Assembly (NCBI GenBank): GCA_013115145.1
Contig: JAAPAO010000110.1
Span: 10,564-74,563 of the forward strand
Direction: 5' to 3'
DNA: 64,000 nucleotides
DNA from: Perkinsus chesapeaki ATCC PRA-425
Taxonomy: Eukaryota; Protista; Perkinsozoa
The notes beneath the pieces were generated by a model. It had not been told where the DNA came from and ran no database searches. It saw only the letters and a list, made by a program, of their open reading frames with translations. This document shows, piece after piece, positions 47,304 through 57,890 of this stretch (position 1 is the first letter of the stretch; every line of letters starts with the position of its first letter). The translations under genes and the position numbers were made by a program.

Positions 47304-48595
47304 AGGATTAGGTCAGCAGGCCAACGAAACTGAAGTAACCCAACTTATGCAGGGGCGTCTTTATAGATCCTATGGTTGAGGGCGAGTCCATCTAGCACAT
47401 GGAGCAGGAAGCAGCGGAGGGTGTCACCAACACGGACGTGTCGGCTCACCCCGTATACTCAATCGATACCTTCTCTAGAGTCGCAACGCTTCCTGTGAGC
47501 AGTCAAGTTGTCTTAAACCGTTGTCAGTCAGTTGTTGAGTCAGTGTTGTTGTATTCCGTCGTTTGCATGTGAATCGGTCTGCTTCAAACTGGTCTCCATG
47601 TTATCTGGTACCGTAGATGGCGCCAGGAGCTGCACACTTCGCCCGATATCACCGCATGTCTAGAAACTTGCCAAGGACAGAGGGGAATGCATTCATTGGA
47701 CGTGGAAGTATCTCACGCAACGGTTCCTCTCCCGTGCGCTCAACGTATTCTGATTCGTTTCTAAAGTTATTGGATACCCATCCGCCATGCCGTATGGGGC
47801 GGCTCTAGTGGAGCCTTCATAACTCTACGGGAGTACTACTGTCCAAATATCTGGTGCGAGAACTGAAATACCTTTTGAGCCTCAGAATCGGAGGTTGTAC
47901 TGTTGCCTTCGTTCCTGCTGGCTAGTTCTCGATCGCTCTGGCCACCCATACGAGGGTGTCGGTAGTGTCTAGTAATGTCTCTGCAGTGACATCATCGCAG
48001 CGTGTGATTTGCTTGTGGATCACAATATGTAGTTATATCGATTGGTTTATGTATGGTCATTGTTGTGTTAAATATATTGGATTGGAGTCATTATACGTCA
48101 CTTAGTTAATTCGGGTTGTGTTGGTTTTTCCACACTTTACTCGACTCCGGTTATAAATCACAACTGATCAATCGTCCACATAACGGTAACCAAGTTGCTA
48201 ACCCTTAGTCCCCAAATGACGGGTAAAAAATAGTCTGAAGAGGATAAGGCTCGATACATTCAAACTTAACTGGTCACTGATATTGTGATACCAATAGTTA
48301 ATATGTTTAATGATATCATTACAAAGCAGCCGAGTTACTCATAACTGTTAGCCCCTTTGACCAAGGCCATTCCGTCGGCCAGGGCGGGCTCCTCTTGAAC
48401 ACTAGTCCATCGGTGCGCACACAACACCTCGCATCTCGGGATTAGCAAGATATTATCATCCTTGGGGGGCACATTTTAGGCTGGATGTCTCCCTGGTGGT
48501 ATTATCGCGTAGATCGCGTTTTAACACTACTTTGAGAACACAATACATGTGGAATAACAGAAACGAAGACAAATCACACTCTTCCAACACATGAT

Positions 48596-50575
48596 TCAAA
48601 AACTTTTCGGTCCTCCACAGATGTAGTCGAAGTTACACTGACAATAGCAACCATCACAACAGGGCAAACGGCGAGGAATCCTCACCCATTGGAGCTCCAG
48701 TCCCTGACAGATTCGACCAATAGTAAATTGTCTATCTGCAGACGTCTGAACCCTCGGACGACTTGGGCAACCTGAGGGGCATAAATCGACAAATTCGGGT
48801 CGTTTCGACTTCACATCCGCCGCATTTGAAACTGTAGGGATCTTGTTTCCTTCGTGGTCTGTACCAGGATCCCCTCCAAGAACATGGGACACTCTCTGTG
48901 CTATTGCAGAGAACAGATCAGCATCACGATGGTCGACCAAAACAAACGTATCGACGACGGAGCGAAGCTCTTCCATCGTGTCCAAGTTGTTAATCTAATA
49001 ACTTATCAACAACGATAAGTTATTGAAAGCTCACCTGTGCCCTCGCCTTCTGTGCCACACGATGGCACAACTTCGAGTCGGCTGAGCCATGCCGGGCCAG
49101 TGACCGAATAAATGCCAAGGACTCCGCTAGTGAAACGTCTCCTAGTAACCTGAGCAGACGACGGTTGCTGGCACTTAAAGATTAGTGAATGCCCCATTCT
49201 CTTAAGATACCCCAAGTCGGCACAGAATCAGCCTCTATAGGCTGACGGGCGCCAAAAGGAAATTCAAAACCTTTTTTAGTTTTTTCGACACTAACTATTA
49301 CTAAGAGCCTATCACTGAGATGCAACTATCATGTAAGTTTCAATACAATTTCGTGGCGAGTGACTCTTTTATGTCTACCTGTGCGAATGTCTTGCCATCT
49401 GCGCAAACACACCTCTGTGGGCGCCTCCTCCTCCTCCCTGTTGTTGTTGACCTTCCCCTATGCTCGACACCAGTCTTCGAGAGAGAACATCTGCCATGAT
49501 GACCAATGACAAGCCACACTTATAGTTAGGAAGCTGTTCAGGCAGGACTTGACCAATCCTTTCGAACACCAGCGACACTGATAAAGAAATATCGACGTAC
49601 TCCTTCAACATGTTCTCACTTAATTGGATCGTTTTCTCTTCTTTCTGGCCAGTAGTGACTATTGCTTTATTTTCGTTGGTAGTTCCAGCCCGCCTTCCAT
49701 ACCGGCAAAGGTTCTCCAACTTAAACCAATGCTCATCAATCGCTCTAGCAATTATCGCGGAGGATCTCTCGTCTAGTATTGCCGCTGAAGAGGCAACTCG
49801 ACGACAGAAGACTTCCCAGAATGCGGTGGGCCGGGCTGCTGCTGGATGAACTAGACAGTCCGTTGCAGTGTGCCTGAACAAGTGACGTTTGAAAGGCAAG
49901 CTCCTCTGTGATGGGTAATTTTCAGCACCGAATATCCCGCGATTGAGTAGCCTGAAGGGCCTTTTAGAGCTTCGTTGCTGCCCTGTACTGTAATTGACCT
50001 CTGTTAAGTGGCTGATGACGACAATCCTACTGGCAAGCATCATGCTACTTATCCTTCTAGGATCCAAGGATGGTATCCTAGGTTGATCCTAGGATCAACC
50101 ATTACTGGCAGGCATCGATGACAGTGTCACTGTCACATTTGGGGAGTATCCAATTTTAGGAAAGAATATTTAAAATTACTCTTGTAGAAAATTTATTTTA
50201 TGAAGGACCATTTCGGGAAGACCGGAGGAGGCCCGATCGATGCCAAACCATCTAATCTCGATTTCCACAATCTCCACGGATTCCTTTCCAGCACTTCCCG
50301 CCAAACCCGACAAAAACTCCTCCACCGTGCCCGGATTCCATAGCGATTTGACAGTAGTTGTTACAGGTACTAATGTGCCCGTTCTCTCACCGTAATAGAG
50401 TCTTATCCGCCATCGAGAGCACCTCTCTTCCATACATTCGATGATGCTCTGGCTTACGTGCCTTACTGACCTTCCATGGCCGATTCCAACGCCATGGCGA
50501 GTCTTGTGACAATAGACGCCTTGAACGCCTCAGAAGACCACCACCACTACTACAGTAGGAAGAGGAGGAGGCCAT
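48596..50575 (-). CDS. Hypothetical helical-repeat protein, possibly an organellar RNA-binding HPR/RAP type (multi-exon)
   Basis: Arg-rich N-terminus; segments FWEVFCRRVASSAAILDERSSAIIARA and ELRSVVDTFVLVDHRDADLFSAIAQRV resemble helical repeats. Family assignment tentative. Confidence 0.35.
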
Positions 50576-50800
50576 GAAGCCGAAAAAAGTAACTACTACG
50601 CCGATGAAGACGGACCGTGCAGCCAGCAGCGTCCGCTTACCATTGTGGTATCAGTTCGATCTACAACACTGTGCTCGACTCCACTGTACCCCAAATTCAT
50701 AGCTCATAAACTCTGATCGATTGAGCTCTTCTAAACAATAGAAACGGTTTCTAGATTCATTTCGGAAAGGAGACAGCAGGTAATTGTGTCACTTAGGAAT

Positions 50801-51619
50801 TTACTTCTCCTTCTTCTCTTCAGCTTTCTCCGCAGTAGGCTCCGACTCACCAGCCTTCTCCTCCTCTTCTTCCTTGGCCTTCTTTTGCTCAGCCTCTATA
50901 CGTTGGGCTTCATCCACTGTCCAGGTTGCTACTGCCTAATAAAGAAGTGTCATCTAGTGTAATTAATTATTCTTTATTACGACTAAGCCAATGAGCAGAA
51001 GAATAAATCCAATGACAAGGTTGAAGGGGAGCTCCCATTTGGGGAGGAACCAGAGGTAGACGAGGCATATCTGATAAGACAAGATAACATTGTAACACAG
51101 ATAACCGACCAATCCTTTATAATACTTCATAATAGCGATACACCCTTTAGGCGAACTGGACACTCGGAAGATCTCGTGAGCCCAGATCGGCCCCTATCCA
51201 CTGTAGAATTGTATTATCACTGACGTGGATGATGAAAGGCGCGAACCAAGGTAGACTGTTAAGGCCACCATTCAGATACGATATTGATTGAAATTTTACG
51301 CCTCGAAATAGCTGCTTCGGAGTAACCAAGTGATACCCTTCCCTATTACACAGATAAGAGCTCCTACTATTCGACGGATAAACTTGAGGAGGTCCTCAGC
51401 CCCGTTGATGCCCAATACCTAACGAAAGCGAATGGGCAGGATTACGGACAGTATAAGGCGAACCTCGTCCAAAAGGTCTCCCAAACTCATCGATTTCTCT
51501 TCCTTTTTCTCGACAGCTCCATCGTCAGCCTTGGTCTCCTCCTCCACCACAGCTTCCTTCTTGGGCTCCTCCTCCTTGGCGGCGGTTGAGGAAGCCTTTG
51601 CGGTCTTCTTGATAGACAT
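50801..51619 (-). CDS. Small membrane protein with acidic/lysine-rich termini (multi-exon)
   Basis: MSIKKTAKASS..EEEPKKE N-terminus, hydrophobic LCYNVILSYQICLVYLWFLPKWELPFNLVIGFILLLIGLVV core, EEEEEK tail. Confidence 0.5.
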
Positions 51620-51857
51620 TACTTACGTTAGGAACAAAAACGTACTGATAATAAGGAGTTCCCGTAGCTTACTGCACGAGATGATCTCGAGATTATTTCA
51701 ATTTGTATCATGAAGCTTTATAATACGGTTTTAAAAGTATTATTTATGCCATATTTTGGAGGAAACCTTTGAAAGTTTTTTTGAGTTTCACGAATCGAAT
51801 GCATCCTGAGTAACACAACTCCCCGATCATCAACAGCCAAGACTACTGTTTTCATGC

Positions 51858-52290
51858 TCAATCGAACATGAGGCTGGTGTCTGCCCGGAACCTGTCTAGT
51901 TGACTGCGGCTGGCAACTAAGTTGGGCATTCTAGGGTTCTGTGCTACTGTATACCTGCAATAAAAGCCGCCCCTTAGAATCGAACGAAAGACATTTAATT
52001 GCGATCACGGCGCTCTCCCAGCTGAGCTAAAGTTACTACGTCTGTTCGGGATGGTAATAATGCCCGCCGTATTCTCTATTCGATAAACTCCAGCGCCCCA
52101 ACTGGCTGTAGGCCAGCATCGGATGAACGTCATTCGCCGTAGACCAGTGGCCGTATCTAAGGTCGAAGCATGCATCACTCGCATCCACTCAACGTAGCCT
52201 ACTCGTTCCCTTCCCCATAGTGGTGCTTCGGATACCCTTGTTCTCGACCACCCAGGAGCTCTCCTGCGGCAGGGCCCGGGATGGTGAGCT
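51858..52290 (-). CDS. Small hypothetical protein, at least 3 exons (introns 52157-52202 and 51955-52039)
   Basis: Removing both GT-AG introns gives one open frame ..GREQGYPKHHYGEGNEYGHWSTANDVHPMLAYSQLGRWSLSNREYGGHYYHPEQTYTVAQNPRMP..MFD*. Start codon not resolved. Confidence 0.55.
51965..52036 (-). pseudogene. Decayed whole-length tRNA (Phe-like D-arm) filling an 85-nt intron
   Basis: GTAACTT TA GCTC AGCTGGGA GAGC G ... TTTCG TTCGATT CTAAG GGGCGGC T TTTA: intact D-arm/A-box and T-loop with tRNA spacing (72 nt); anticodon and acceptor stems eroded. Confidence 0.75.
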
Positions 52291-52857
52291 CCCACCCTAA
52301 ACTTCGCTCATGTCATTCAGTATGGGCCATGAGTAATACCTCCAATAGTCATCCGAGGCTTCCCTACAACCCGGGCTGCGTCTCGCCTCCTGGCTGAGCT
52401 GGCTATGCTTCCAGATCTTGATGAGGCCGGCATTGAGCTGGAGCGACTACGATTGGTTCGGCCTGAATAAGGACAAGAGTGCGAGAGAATTGATTGTTGT
52501 CCACTGCTGACGCATGCTTCATTGGGTAGAACGGGTATCGAATAGAGGCAAACCGCCGGAAAAATAGAAAATATGCGTTGATTTCTTACCGCTGCTTGGA
52601 CACTGATTGGCTAGTCTAGCAGAGGGGGTTGGTGATGGTGCAAAAGGGACAATTCTACGCTCATAGACCTCCGGCATGTGGCTTGCTGGTATCCTATGCA
52701 TTAAGGAAATGGGAAAAGATCCAAGTTGGTAAGAACTGCAGAGATTTGCATTTATTCTCGGCAGATGGAACAGAGTGTCAAGCTGAGCAAAAACGAAGAC
52801 GGTCGATACGCTGCATAGTTACTTCACTCAGCTATGAACCGTAGAGACTTTTTCAGT

Positions 52858-52930
52858 GGTCTCGTGGCCTAATGGATAAGGCGTTGGTCTTCGGAACCAA
52901 AGATTGTGGGTTCGAGTCCCACCGAGATCG
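52858..52930 (+). tRNA. tRNA-Arg(TCG)
   Basis: GGTCTCGTGGCCTAATGGATAAGGCGTTGGTCTTCGGAACCAAAGATTGTGGGTTCGAGTCCCACCGAGATCG: full cloverleaf, anticodon stem TTGGT/ACCAA, loop CT TCG GA, followed by a TTTTT terminator. Confidence 0.96.
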
Positions 52931-53144
52931 TTTTTATCAGCGAGATATTTAAATCCTGTCACAGGTTACTTGTGGTGAAGGGTTGAGTCGTAAAAAGATC
53001 TCTTGACCCGCAGTATCATCATGGTCAACAAGGAGCAACGAACTACGTAGACCCAACGCAAGCACCTATTGTTCGATAACACCCTTCGGCAGATAATAGG
53101 ATTAAAACATGCTCTCAAAAATCGGAGTATTCAGATTTTAAGCT

Positions 53145-54494
53145 TCACATCTTCCCTTCTACTATTTGTTGGATAAGAGAAAGTAAACAGGTGGGGACAA
53201 GACACAACGAGACAATGAACAATGATTTTGACAAGTAGTATCGGAAGTCTCTTTCCCTTCCGTCATAAGCGACCATTCGGCAATAGAGATAAGTCGGCAT
53301 AATAAAGGCCACCGTATTGGAGCCTACAATACCGACAAAACTGAAGGTTACCCCTAAAGACCGGACAAGTATAGCCGTACCAACCGAAAAGACTTGACAT
53401 AAAATCGATACAACAGCGGCGCCAACACCAGAGTCGTCATGGTAGCGGCCTTTGGTTACCAATATAAAGAGTGACTTGGCGAGGGGGCGCACTTGAAGGG
53501 TATAAGAGCACATCACTCCAACAGCGAGAGCTGCATACCCGAGTTGAACGGCCAAGTTACCGTCCATGTCAATGTTCTTTAGAAAGTTGGATTCCGCTTC
53601 GTAGCCGTATGTGCCATAGGGGAATATAACCGCTGGGATAAAAATGATGAGGGCAGTTAGTTGAGAGAGCAAGGCTATCATATCGAGCTTGGACAGAGTT
53701 CTATCGTGAAGATCTTCGGCACATAGGAACATATTTTGGTGACAAGTGAATGCGAAAATAAAGGTAGGCAGTTTGGCGAGCACCGAGAAGAAGGATGCTG
53801 TTGGCGGTATGAAGATAGAGTCCTTGCCAGAGAAGTCAACGTACACAATAGATAGCACCACGCAGTAGGCTATAGAGACTAGGGCAAGGACATTGGTGAA
53901 GGCAGTGTGCTTTAGTGCTTTGGTCAGACAAACAGGGCCCATCAAGAAGCCAACCAAAGCAATGGAACCGGCTCGAGTGGCGAACTCTGTGACACCATCT
54001 TCACGCCAATCATTCCAATAGATAAGCAGCATTGACAGCATATCACCCGCCACTTGGAGGTAGGACACTGCCACACCAAAACACTTGACGACTATGGTAG
54101 AATCCACGACGACTTTGCAAAATGGAGCTATTTCAGCCGCGATAGTGTAGAAAGATATCTGACTGCCTACTGGTCTCCGCATTGACAGGATACTTAATAA
54201 ATGTAAAGTGAAGCCAGCGAAGAGCACGGCTAATGTCATCAGAGTCGAGCCTAGAAGCCAGCCGGTCTCAGCGAACGCTGAAGCGAGGCCGAGGACGCCA
54301 GTGCCGACCATTGTGTTGGCCATGACCGACCAACCAGAGAAAACCGTTCCAGTTGGGGAAGAAGCAGTTGGGTTGATCTTCATATCTTCACACACTACAT
54401 CTGATTGGGAGCCGCATTTGGTGTTTACTAGAAATAAGTGTCCCGACTTACCCGAGGGAATGTCAACCGAAATTGTCGATCGTGGCGTGCTCAC
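53145..54494 (-). CDS. Amino-acid transporter, Aa_trans/AAAP (SLC38/AVT-like) family
   Basis: ANTMVGTGVLGLASAFAETGW and FAFTCHQNMF motifs; about 11 hydrophobic segments. True start may be the ATG of MKINPT or an upstream exon. Confidence 0.9.
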   Translation of the reverse strand: MSTPRSTISVDIPSGKSGHLFLVNTKCGSQSDVVCEDMKINPTASSPTGTVFSGWSVMANTMVGTGVLGLASAFAETGWLLGSTLMTLAVLFAGFTLHLLSILSMRRPVGSQISFYTIAAEIAPFCKVVVDSTIVVKCFGVAVSYLQVAGDMLSMLLIYWNDWREDGVTEFATRAGSIALVGFLMGPVCLTKALKHTAFTNVLALVSIAYCVVLSIVYVDFSGKDSIFIPPTASFFSVLAKLPTFIFAFTCHQNMFLCAEDLHDRTLSKLDMIALLSQLTALIIFIPAVIFPYGTYGYEAESNFLKNIDMDGNLAVQLGYAALAVGVMCSYTLQVRPLAKSLFILVTKGRYHDDSGVGAAVVSILCQVFSVGTAILVRSLGVTFSFVGIVGSNTVAFIMPTYLYCRMVAYDGRERDFRYYLSKSLFIVSLCLVPTCLLSLIQQIVEGKM

Positions 54495-54839
54495 TGGGGA
54501 GTCGGAGCAACTGCTGCAACCTAAGGACGGGGCAGCAATGTAGGATCAAATGCCGGAGAAGCTCCTCACCATCTTCGTGCATCCTCTTAGTTCGACAGGC
54601 AGAGCAGTATTGCGGAAGGCCGCCTTCTACCACGCCAATCGCTGACAAGTTCAAACCGCAGTCGCCGCAATTCATCACGACAATAAATGCTGGCCATGCA
54701 CCCTTCCCCACGCCTGACAACTCGACTATTGTTCATTCACGGAAAAAATCCGATCATGCCACACATGGTCATCCCATCAACTGCCTTCACTCTCCGCCGA
54801 GATGCTTCGCCCCCGCCCTGTCTTCCGGGCTCCCAACTG

Positions 54840-56709
54840 ATATGAAGTCAATACCACTGGCACTGGCGGCACAGTCACTACTTTGTCGATAATGACCTTC
54901 TGCACATCACATTGCTGCTTCAATGAGCGATTCTCAGATCTCAAACTCTCTAGTTCAGGATAGTACCTTCATGCTCACTGCTAGCAACACTACTCTGCTC
55001 GGAAATGCAGCCGAGCTCGTCTTGTTAGTTTTTGTATTAATTCCGCCTAACTACCAACGGCCCACGATCCTTCTATTGGATTGTAGGGACCAGAAGGTCT
55101 TTACGTTACACCGTACCCATTCCTCCTTACACCGATCGACCTTCGGAATCAGTATGACTATATGTTGGTAGGTTTGTCTGGTCTATTTTACGGTCAAGGT
55201 AAACTCTCATCTCATCAATGACTTTATCATCACCATCACTCTTCTCCATTAGCACGGCAATCTAAAGCTTTCACCATATCAGCCATAACCATTCCTATAC
55301 AACTACCTGTTCCTTCAGTTCTTGGTTTCGCTCCGTTAGTGTTCTATTCCGGCTTTTTACGGCCTCATGTACCTCACTTAGCTCTCTGACCTTCCCCTTC
55401 AACTGCACAGTCTCCCTCTGCAGTTCGCTAAGCTGTTTCCTCCGACTCTCAGCCAACCGACTGATAGTCGTGGATCTCTCTGACCCTCCAGCCCTGCAAG
55501 CTGACCTCATCCCGCCAGCAGCACCACTGAGCTCACCCTTCATCAACACTACAGGCTCCCCTTCCGGCGGGACCTGTATGGCTCTCGCTCTGTCTCTACC
55601 ACCACCCGTACTACCTTCGTTCTGCGATACTTTCAACTGCATCTTCAATGCTCGGACCTCCCGTCTCAGCCTTTTTATTTGCTGTGCTCGACCCTCGTAC
55701 CCACTCACTGTAGGGCCCCCAGCAATCACCTGTCATCTCCACCTTCCCTCTTCAAGGGCCTAATTGCCACACCTGCTCCGCTGCCACCTGATCTCCGATC
55801 TCGGCGATAAGTGCTTTCTTCATCCGCGAGACTGGGAGTGAGCAATCTGCCCGTACACTCTAAACTCCACCCACCTTGAGCTCTTGCTGCAGATAGTTCT
55901 TGACGAACTCCTTGCATATCATTGGCCATCTTGGTGTATTTCATTTTGTAGTCGTTTACCTCGACCACATCTACCCCTTGGTCATCAGCCTCGGCATCAC
56001 GACTCCTCTCCACCTCCGCTGTTAGAGCCTTTATCTTAGCATCCTTGGAGTGGTTGTTGACCTTCATTCACCATCGCTACAGTAAACCGAACGAAGCTCA
56101 CCAAGAGGTTCTTATTCTTCTTCACCATCTCGAGCAGCTTTCGCTTCAGCTCATCCGAGGACAGACTGGCCTCGACAATAGCTACCTTAAGATCGCCATA
56201 ACCGTGGCATACGAATAATAAACCAGTATAAAAGTGATACTACAGCTAGACTGTAGTAGGTTATCCAAATATAGCCTAGCGCCCTCACAAAAGCTGAACC
56301 ACCCACCTAGCTGTTCCCTTAATGACTCAATTTCTCTAGCTTGTTGAAGCACTCTAAGCTCCAGCATCTCACCTACAGACTGTCATCGACCAACGGTAGA
56401 AACCGAGTATGACAATTACACCTCTCAGCGCTTGGGTCAAACGCATCACTGCCGGACGTCGGGCTGGTGCTGCTTTTGTCGCGGTGCGGCATGTTCACTT
56501 CATCCAAGCCTCTGCCTGAATACCCACGTGTCTGTCCTACACCCTACGTGGTCCCTTGATGGGAGCCCTAGGATGCTACCATCCATGTCGTCCTGTGGGT
56601 CGTTACTATCAGGACGGCTATATGTGGAAGTTGTGTGGCGGTGGCCGCGAGGAGGAGTGTCAGAGCCACTTGATGATGACTCCAAGGAGTCCTTGTCCTC
56701 TCCGTCCAT
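54840..56709 (-). CDS. CCDC13: Coiled-coil protein, CCDC13-like (multi-exon; 3' end approximate)
   Basis: LKRKLLEMVKKNKNL, EGRAQQIKRLRREV and AVKSRNRTL resemble the conserved blocks of CCDC13 (ELSKKNR, RGRAQQI, KARNK.L). Confidence 0.55.
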
Positions 56710-57890
56710 TGTTATACAAATGAATTCTAATGACAATGGCTATCATCCGTCAGCCAACAAAACAGAAGGTGATATAGCATCCTTATAGCTCGTCACAACT
56801 CCGTAGCCCTCTTCCTCAGTAGCTGACCATAACTGAAGCCATCGAATATCCAGGACCATACAGCGTTACTGTTTACAAATACGAACTCCGCCATTGCTCC
56901 TTTGCGAACTGACAATCGTCCGTGTTCCAATTCCTATGATCTCTTTGTAGCCAAGAGAGTCTCCTCCCCTACTATACTATCGCCTATACCACCATCAGCG
57001 CTTTACCCTTTGCTTAGTCAACCACTTCCAGCAAGGCTCTCTCCTTTCCTTTCTGACCTTCACTATAGTCCCATCTCGCTTCTGATCAATGCTAGCTGAC
57101 GAACTATTCACTGGCCTCAGGAAATCGATCTGTATGTGACTTTCCGCACCAGAGAGCTCCAATGATCTGAGTTCTCGGCGATGACCTCGGACAGTCGAGG
57201 GAGAAGCTCACGTGTCCGTAATATTGACGGTGGTTTCTCCCCTACTTTTGATCGTCAGTTGCAGCCATGCTGAGCTTTGTGCCCAGAACACGCGGAGGGC
57301 TTCTGCCGTGGACAGTAAAAGAGTAAATCCAAAGGATATTTTCATTGCCGAACTTCAGAGACGGGTGCGCTGATTATGCGAGACTACGGAATCATTCGCA
57401 CACGGGAAAACTTACACAGTAATAATCGTCCGAATCAATTTTGGAAACTGCGTTTTTCCTTCCCAAATGGCCCCTACTGATCAGTCAACATCGTCTACTC
57501 GTCAATGGGCCCACACATTAGGTTTATCTGATGGAGATGATGATAGCCTATTCCCAAGCTTAACAATAAAGGAAAGGGTAATAGGCTTAATAAACCAAAT
57601 TGGGTAGAATTCTGTCATTCGTCACCTTACAAAATGTCCTCAAGTGTCACAGTTAGAGCTTGATGGATTTCTGTCAACGCAACCGCCGTCGGGAGGAGGT
57701 GTTGAGATATGTCGAAATACCAACAAGCAAGCTGAGAGCAAGCATTATCGGTATAAACATGCTACTATATCATCACATGCAATCTACTACTAATCATCAT
57801 CTTGAATAGTCTTAATTCAGTGATCCCCATGGACCGTTTTTCTTATAGGGAAACGGCCAGTGGATACTGGGAATCTTGTCATCTTGGAGT

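Noticed and set aside
48958-48970. Fifth copy of the GGAGCGAAGC motif
   Set aside because: Lies in coding sequence (EELRS on the minus strand), so it is explained by codons.
36358-52036. Split/trans-spliced tRNA formed from the Phe-like 5' part at 52036 and the Phe-like 3' half at 36358
   Set aside because: Acceptor strands GTAACTT and CAACGGC do not pair, and the 52036 element already has its own decayed 3' half.
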